From positions 1,984,001 to 2,048,000 of the forward strand of contig OZ024756.1 of assembly GCA_964016885.1 (NCBI GenBank): a DNA stretch of 64,000 nt, given 5' to 3'. Shown one piece after another: positions 55,172 to 64,000 of this stretch. Below the pieces are notes generated by a model, which was given only the letters and a program-made list of their open reading frames with translations, was not told the origin of the DNA and did not search any database. Source of the DNA: Eledone cirrhosa (lineage: Eukaryota). The translations under genes and the position numbers were made by a program. The first letter of the stretch is position 1. Every line of letters begins with the position of its first letter.

Positions 55172-56491
55172 CAGGGAGTCCATAAAGTCTCTTTATAATT
55201 AAAAACTTTATTACAAAAGCTAATGAACAGAAAAATATGTGGAAATTGTTACAAAATGAGGAGTAGATATTGAAGTTTATTTTAATTAATTTAATACACC
55301 TCTATATGGGCACCATTAGTAGCACGAAGGACATCAAGACGGTACTAGATTTCTTGCCATGTTTGCTGTAGTATAGCCTCATCAATGGGCGCAATGGCAT
55401 CAGGTATCTTTCGCTTTATATCAGTCTCGTATCTTTATATATGTCTCGTATCTTTGTTCGATACACGATATCTTTAACATAAAGAAGTCCAGGGGTGTGA
55501 TATCTGGTGAATGAGGTGGGCCAGGGAATTGGGTCATCCCTTCGAATCCACCGGTCTAGAAATGTTTGATTTAAGAACCCACGAACATGCAGTCCCCAAT
55601 GTAGTGGTGCACAATCTTGCTGGAAAATTATGATTGGTTGAAGGCCATCTAGTTGTGGTGCCACATATTTAGTCAAAAGGTCAATGTAAACATTTGCAGT
55701 AATTGATGTCTCGTTGAAGAAAAATGGACCAATGATTCGATTGCACACGATCCCACACCACACATTCACCGCCGTGAAGTTCCCTAGTCACATGGTGGTG
55801 TTCTGATTCCCAGATTCTCACATTATGTGTGTTCAGTTTCTCTGAAACACGAAAGGTTGCCTCATCACTAAAACAAACTCGGGTGAGGAACGTTTCATCC
55901 TCAGAAATTCGTTCCAGCCTGTCAACTACAAACTCTTTTTGCCTTGGTTTATCATTTGGCTCGAGTGCCTGTAAGAGTTGCACTTTGTAAGCGTACAATT
56001 GCAAGTTCTTGTGTAGGACTTTTTCTACTGTTGAACATGGCATCTGAAACTGCCTGGCAGCAGTACGGATGGACTTTGTAGGAGAACGCTGAAAGGCAAA
56101 CGATGTTTTCCTCAGATGTTCTTGGTCGTCCACTCCTCCCTTTATCTGGCACTGTCCCTGTCTCATTAAATTTCTTGTGCCATACACGAATTGACGGACG
56201 TGACGGTGGATCTCTTCCATAATTAGTTCTGTAGTTTCGCTGCATCTGCGTATCCGATTTTGTTTCAATAAACCATGACACACATTGTGCCTTTTCTTGG
56301 GGAGTAACCATTTTTTAGAGGTTCATTTAACAGTACCTCTTTCATCAACAGAATACCAGACATACACAAATGCAGTTTGATTAAAAACATTGATAACTAC
56401 TGAGAACATAGAACAAATCTGATTAAGATATCTCATCGATTGCCTTTGTAATATATTTTTTAAATTGTGAAGAGACTTTATGGACACCCTG
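55172..56491 (-). mobile_element. Full-length but frameshifted Tc1/mariner transposon, DD41D type
   Basis: TIRs CAGGGAGTCCATAAAGTCTCT / AGAGACTTTATGGACACCCTG with TA TSD. Transposase MVTPQEKAQCVSWF.. (DUF4817-like HTH), FSDEATF, FQQDCAP-41aa-(WPPHSPDITPL)D after frameshift repair. Confidence 0.93.
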
Positions 56492-56741
56492 TATGTCTTT
56501 TAAGGGATTAACTTGGTGTCATTAGCGTTAGGCGACTGGACATAAAAGACTCCACATCCCATCTCCTGGATAGGATGCCAGTCCATTGCAGGAGTTACCT
56601 CCAGTTGCTTTCGGTATTCAATTTCAGTTGAAGTCGTTTTGCTCAAGAACACAACAGACCATCAGGCCGAGGAATCGAACCTCAATATTACGATCGTAAG
56701 TCGTAAGTCCAACACCCTAAAGACTAGGTCGGTTATACTCA

Positions 56742-56816
<75 letters not shown>

Positions 56817-57109
56817 GATAATTGTTTCTACTTTTGGCACAAGGCCAGCAATTACCCAGTACATTACTGGTACTTTATTTTTATCGATCCCGAAAGGATG
56901 AAAGGCAAAGTTAACCTCGGCGGGATTTGAACTCAGACTGTAAAGGGACGTAACTATGCTAGAAAACATGAATAATAATACAAGGACGATTTGTTAAGCC
57001 TTCATTACGTTTATTGATTGGTGACGCGCGTTTCGCTATTGATCAGTTCAAGGTTCGATCTGTATCGATCTGGCCCGACTTTGGAATCAAAAGCTCGTCG
57101 GACCTCTGT

Positions 57110-57183
<74 letters not shown>

Positions 57184-57273
57184 AGAATGTAAAAATAAGT
57201 CAGTATTCTGGTATCTTATATAATTTTATTAATTACACCATCTCTCTCTCACTCACTCTCTCACTCACTCTCA

Positions 57274-57311
<38 letters not shown>

Positions 57312-57360
57312 TATTAGAAGTGTCTATTTATTAAACATACCGTATATCTTTAGATATACG

Positions 57361-57402
<42 letters not shown>

Positions 57403-57458
57403 TATATTATTAGAAGTGTCTATTTATTAAACATACCGTATATCTTTAGATATACGAA

Positions 57459-57537
<79 letters not shown>

Positions 57538-58173
57538 AACATATATATATATATTATATATATATACAAACCTATACAGGAAATAAGTAAAGATGTCTTG
57601 CCTTAAGAAGTGATCTTAGGTGTGGCTTTAGCTCGGAGTGAGGAACCCTTAAAAAGGGTACTGTTGAGGGTGACCATATGTAGCCAGGTAAACAGTGGAC
57701 CCCTTTGTAGAAGTCGAGATTAAAGGACCACAGATATTCTGACGAGGACCCAGATGTCTATGTCTTCCGGAGTAGTACAAAATTAGTTCTAAAGGCTTAG
57801 ATTATACACACACATAGACACACATACACATACGCACACATACACATACACACACACATACATAGACACACATACACATTCACATACTCATACACACACA
57901 CATACATAGACACACATACACATACACATACACATACACACTCACATACACACACACACATACATAGACACACATACACATACGCACACATACACATACA
58001 TACATACACATACTCATATACACACACACACACACATGCATACACACAGACACATAAACACATATACACATACATATATATACACACACAATATATATGT
58101 ATACATATATGTATGTATATATATATATATATATATATACCTAATATATATATTTATATTATGTATATATATT

Positions 58174-58220
<47 letters not shown>

Positions 58221-58529
58221 CATATATATACACACACATAATATATACATATACATATATGTATGTATATATATATATATTTATATATATATACCTAATA
58301 TATATATTTATATTATGTATATATATATACATATATATACGTGGGAAAGTGAATACTATACATATATATATATATATTGTCAGCGTGTAGGTGGTTTCCT
58401 GTTTAGATAATAAAGAACCTTGTTATAGGTGTGTGTGTGTGTGTGTGTGTAGGTGTGCGTGTGTGTGTGTGTGTGTGTGTGCGTGCGTGTGTATGTGTGT
58501 GTTTGTATGTGTGTGTGTCTGTGTGCGTG

Positions 58530-58571
<42 letters not shown>

Positions 58572-58746
58572 CGCTTGCCGTATTGTTTATAATATTCGGC
58601 TCAAGATCGTATGGTCGTCAGCTCGATTCCTCGTGGGGCGCTGTGTCTGTAAGTTTTTTATTTCACATTATTGTTTTCTTCTTTTCACTGGTTTCAGCAA
58701 CTGAACTGGGGCCAGCATGAAATAAAAAGCCTTGCCCAAGAACATT

Positions 58747-58747
<1 letters not shown>

Positions 58748-58796
<49 letters not shown>

Positions 58797-59443
58797 ATGA
58801 CGGCCTCAGTCGAAATCGACTCAACAATTGATCTCTATTGATTGTCGCTGCCAAGTCCTAGATTTCATACCAGAATCTCTGGAGATGACATAGGGATAGG
58901 AGAGCTTGTAGCCCCTGTTATTAGTGACTGTTTGTGGTTTCCAAAGCACTAATAGAGACACAGCCTCGTAGGTGGCCCGATAGAAGGGGTCAGCAAATCA
59001 GGATAGGAGAGCTTGTTCTCCCTGCTATTAGCGAGTGTTTGTGATTTCCAAAGCACTAATAGGGACACAGCCTCATAGGTGACACGATGGCAGTGGCCAT
59101 CAAATCAGGATAGGAGAGCTTGTGCCCCCTGTAATTAGTGACTGCTTGCGGTTTCCAAAGCACTAATAGGGGACATAGCCTCATAGGTGGCACGATGGCA
59201 GGGGCCAGCAAATCAGGATAGGAGAGCTTGTGCCCCCTGTTATTAGCGACTGTTTGTGATTTACAAAGCACTAATAGGGACACAGCCTCATAGGTTGCAC
59301 GATGGTAGTGGCCAGCAAATCTTACTCTCCTTTTACGTATGGCAGATATACATGGGAAGTGCCGCATATATTTCTTTCAAAGTCAGTTGTCGCCAGCTTA
59401 TGTTCTGAATGCGTTGAAGCAGGCGAGTGTAAGTGACATCAAG

Positions 59444-59524
<81 letters not shown>

Positions 59525-59790
59525 TTAGTGCCATCAAGGTGCTTTTGTTGTTTGGATGAAAGTGTCCATGTTTCACTTCCATATAGCAAGATTGGTTGAA
59601 TTATTACTTGGAAGAGTCTAATCTTGGTGTGGCTGGAAAGATTTGAGGGCCAACCTCGATCCATCTCGTTGCAAGCTGATCATGCTTGGGCCTTTCTGGT
59701 GGCGAAATCCTTCTCAGAGTCCATGATCCAGGACCCAAGATACTTGAAAACCTCGATTTGCTTGATATCACTGCCATTGATTGCTTTGAC
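58748..59790 (-). mobile_element. RTE-clade LINE 3' fragment with internal ~107-bp x4 tandem duplication, (GAT)n tail and (TAG)n insertion
   Basis: VEVFKYLGSW, TKIRLFQVIIQPILLYGSETWTL..HLDGT, RRVRFAGH; GGATAGGAGAGCTTG at 58894, 59001, 59108, 59216. Confidence 0.88.
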
Positions 59791-60106
59791 ATAACGCACC
59801 GTCGGAAATCGAACTCAAGACCTTAAGATTGGATGCCATCACATCTCCATGAAGGGGAACAAATGAACACATCATGTAGCTCTCTCTCTCTCTTCCCTGC
59901 CTTTGTCAAATCACGCTATTGTCTTTACTCTTTCTATCTCTATATGTAATGGCGTCTCTCTCCCTCTTATATTTTTACTTTCTTCTGATCCTAATAAAGG
60001 TTTGATCATAAATCTTTCAAAGAAATTCGAAAAATATAATAAATCTGCTATAAACATTTGCTCTGCATTTACTTGTATTGAGTACTCTTTGGAGTTTGGT
60101 CTCATT

Positions 60107-60169
<63 letters not shown>

Positions 60170-60296
60170 AACACACACATAAACTCACAAACTCACACAC
60201 ACGTGAAGAATATCTAGGGAATATATTAGGAAGAGTTTCTGGTAGATATCTATTGCACTAACCACGGTGTCCTTTAGGTACTATTGTTTCTCTCAC

Positions 60297-60377
60297 CGCT
60301 TCACATTTTCACTGAAAGAGCCTCCGGTTCTCCAGCCTGTATTGACTACATCTTGCAATGATTGTCTTCTAGTTTCT
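60297..60377 (-). CDS. Candidate 81-nt symmetric (phase 2-2) coding exon (unknown gene)
   Basis: ctaaat branch-like site and long polypyrimidine tract, cag|AGAAACT...GAAGCG|gtgaga; only one frame open: ETRRQSLQDVVNTGWRTGGSFSENVKR. Confidence 0.55.
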
Positions 60378-60466
60378 CTGAGTGTGAAAGAGTACCAAAA
60401 GAGAAGAAAAAAGTAAGAAATATTTAGGGAGTTTTGTTTTAGATACTGACTGTAAAAGCATCTTAA

Positions 60467-61135
60467 GTGGCACCCCAACGAGTGGCTGTACCAGTGGCAC
60501 ATCTAGATTGTCACCCCAACGAGTGGCTGTACCAGTGGCACATCTAGATTGTCACCCCAACAACTGGTTGTATCAGTGGCACATCTAGATTGTCACCTCA
60601 ATGACTGGTTGTATCAGTGGCACATCTAGATTGTCACCCCAACAACTGGTTGTATCAGTGGCACATCTAGATTGTCACCCCAACAACTGGTTGTATCAGT
60701 GGCACATCTAGATTGTCACCCCAACAACTGGTTGTATCAGTGGCACATCTAGATTGTCACCCCAACAACTGGTTGTATCAGTGGCACATCTAGATTGTCA
60801 CCTCAATGACTGGTTGTATCAGTGGCACATCTAGATTGTCACCTCAATGACTGGTTGTATCAGTGGCACATCTAGATTGTCACCCCAACAACTGGTTGTA
60901 TCAGTGGCACATCTAGATTGTCACCTCAATGACTGGTTGTATCAGTGGCACATCTAGATTGTCACACCCAATGACTGGCTGTACCCGTGGCACATCTAGT
61001 GTGACACCCCAATGAGTGGCTGCACCAGTGGCATATCTAGAGTGACACCCCAACGACTGGCTGCAGCAGGGGCACATCTAGAGTGGCACCCCATCGACTG
61101 GCTGCAGCAGGGGCACATCTAGAGTGACACCCCAA
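60467..61135. repeat. 41-bp minisatellite (~16 copies)
   Basis: GTGGCACATCTAGATTGTCACCCCAACAACTGGTTGTATCA. Confidence 0.93.
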
Positions 61136-62204
61136 CCACGTGTTTCTGCTGTACCAGTTGCGGGAACATGATGGCATAATGATGTTTTAAATATAGAAAC
61201 TGTTAGCTTTTTTCTCAACTACCAAATTACTTGCCTTGCTTTTTCGTCTACCAAATTCTACCCACGAGGCATTAGTCAAACCAATGCTATAGTAGAAGAC
61301 TAAGATGTTACGCTACAAGACTGAACCTGGAACCAACTGGTTACCAAGGGAAACCCTTTATCATCATCTAGCTATACCTGCTCCTAGGGTTACAAATCTA
61401 TTCAACCGTATAGATAATCTTTCGTGTAGCTAAAAAATACACTCAACGACCTTTTCGACGTTGTGTTGGTCGGAGTGAGGGTGGTGGTGGTGGTGGTGGT
61501 GGTGGTGGTGGTGGTGGTGGTGGTGGTGGATCTGGTGGTGGTGCTGGTAGTGGTGGTGGAGATGGCGGTGCTGATGGTGGTGCTGGTGGTGATGGTGGTG
61601 GTGCTGGTAGTGCTGGTGGTGCTGGTAGTGGTGGTGGTGGTGGTGGTAGTGGTGGTAGTGGTGGTGGTGGTGGTGGTGCTGGTATGGTGGTAGTGGGGGG
61701 TGGGGGCTTTCTCTTGTAAATATTCCTTTACCACAGCTGCTATTGTTGATAATAATCTTGACCAATGCTCAACGACAGACCACTCTATGTACTAATCAAA
61801 CAAACCATTCTCTTCCTCCCCTCTCTCTCTCTTCCTTCTCTCTCTCTCTCTATCCATCCTTTCTTTCCCCCTTTTCTCTCTCCCCCCTCCCCCCTCTCTC
61901 TTCAATTCTTCGCACCAAAACAGAGGCATGAAAACCCCCAAACCTTAACACATCAACATATTTTCTACATGCTAGGCTGCACTATTTCAACAAATTGCCT
62001 TCCTTCCACAACACACCAATCTCTTGTTGTATGTTTGTGTGCTGCCCGTGTGTGTTTATACACGTGTTTGTGTGTGTATATATATATATATGTGTGTATG
62101 AGAGAGAGTGTGTGTGTGCGACTTTGTGTGAGAGAGAGTGAGTATGTGTGTATGAGTGAGAGTGTGTGTGTGTGTGAGTGTGAGAGAGTGGGATTGAGAG
62201 AGTA

Positions 62205-62260
<56 letters not shown>

Positions 62261-62269
62261 TGTGTGTGT

Positions 62270-62324
<55 letters not shown>

Positions 62325-62487
62325 AAGTTATCAGGGCTCAGGAAGTTCTTGAGTTGGAATGGTTAAGAACATTCCAGTTTCAATTCAATCCCAATCCATT
62401 ACGTTTACTGTTACCCTGGGTCTACCCTATTGAGAAAGATGGGGTAGACAGAATCATGGCGGAGAGAAGCAGGGTAGTTCAAGTTGT

Positions 62488-62542
<55 letters not shown>

Positions 62543-62703
62543 ATATAGTAAAATAAAATAAAACAAGGACGATTGGTTACTCTTCATTACGTGTATTGGT
62601 TGGTGACGCGCGTTTCGTCACTGATCAGCTCAAGGTTTGATCTGTATCGATCAAACCCGACTCTGTAATCCGCGGCTCGACATACCCCTTACAATGGTAA
62701 TGG

Positions 62704-62758
<55 letters not shown>

Positions 62759-62763
<5 letters not shown>

Positions 62764-63020
62764 TAAATAAACAAAAAATCAGTGATACACCTGGACTCAG
62801 TTTATTGCGTGTTACAATTGTTTCGCCGGGAGGTAGCTCGAGACATAATCATGTCTCGAGCTACCTGCCGGCGAAACAATTGTAACACGCAATAAACTGA
62901 GTCCAGGTGTATCACTGATTTTTTCTTTATTTATACTATCCACACTCTGCTATGTATGAATATTGAGTGCTAATTTTGGCATACCGCCTATGGAAGGACC
63001 ATATCTACCATTATACACAC
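62759..63020 (+). mobile_element. Fold-back mini-element (arms 62759-62847 and 62852-62940) with hammerhead 3' half
   Basis: GCCGGC-GAAA-CAATTG-TA-ACAC..AATAAA; 3' hairpin CACTC..TTGAGTG at 62943-62969. Confidence 0.8.
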
Positions 63021-63091
63021 GTATATATATATATATATGCAAGTATGTATGTATACGTACATACATATATGTATACAGACGTACAGTAGCA

Positions 63092-63133
<42 letters not shown>

Positions 63134-63220
63134 CAGGTACACATATATATATGTACGTATCAGTTTAGCGGACGTTTATTATAACGCCCACTTTGTCCGT
63201 TTGTAAACAAACGGACAGCC

Positions 63221-64000
<780 letters not shown>

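Noticed and set aside
57738-57775. CTGACGA-GGAC possible hammerhead
   Set aside because: No GAAA or helix III after the putative stem II.

Overview
AT-rich, microsatellite-saturated eukaryotic DNA, almost entirely repeats. The SINE types and the (TA)n/(CA)n density suggest a cephalopod such as octopus (inference). No intact protein-coding gene is visible, only two or three candidate small exons, and nearly all long ORFs in the track are microsatellite or satellite artefacts. Contents: (i) a 56-bp satellite of ~9.7 kb that appears amplified from the RT-thumb coding sequence of the adjacent decayed Penelope-like element (PLE, minus strand, ~9.7-13.3 kb), which has an inverted 5' pseudo-LTR and an RTE-derived insertion with a 10-bp TSD; (ii) Naiad-type PLE fragments, L1/Tx1, R4/Dong and RTE LINE fragments, tRNA-derived SINEs, a Helitron, a hAT MITE and a DD41D Tc1/mariner; (iii) several minisatellites. 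The most striking signal is a dense set (about 20 loci, 10 or more sequence families) of short, non-coding, mostly fold-back elements in (TA)n tracts. Most carry a whole or partial type-I hammerhead ribozyme (HHR) followed by AATAAA and a shared 3' hairpin (RCTC...TYGAGY). Two families have non-canonical cores in several copies (CAGAAGA; CCGACGA with a greatly extended stem II).
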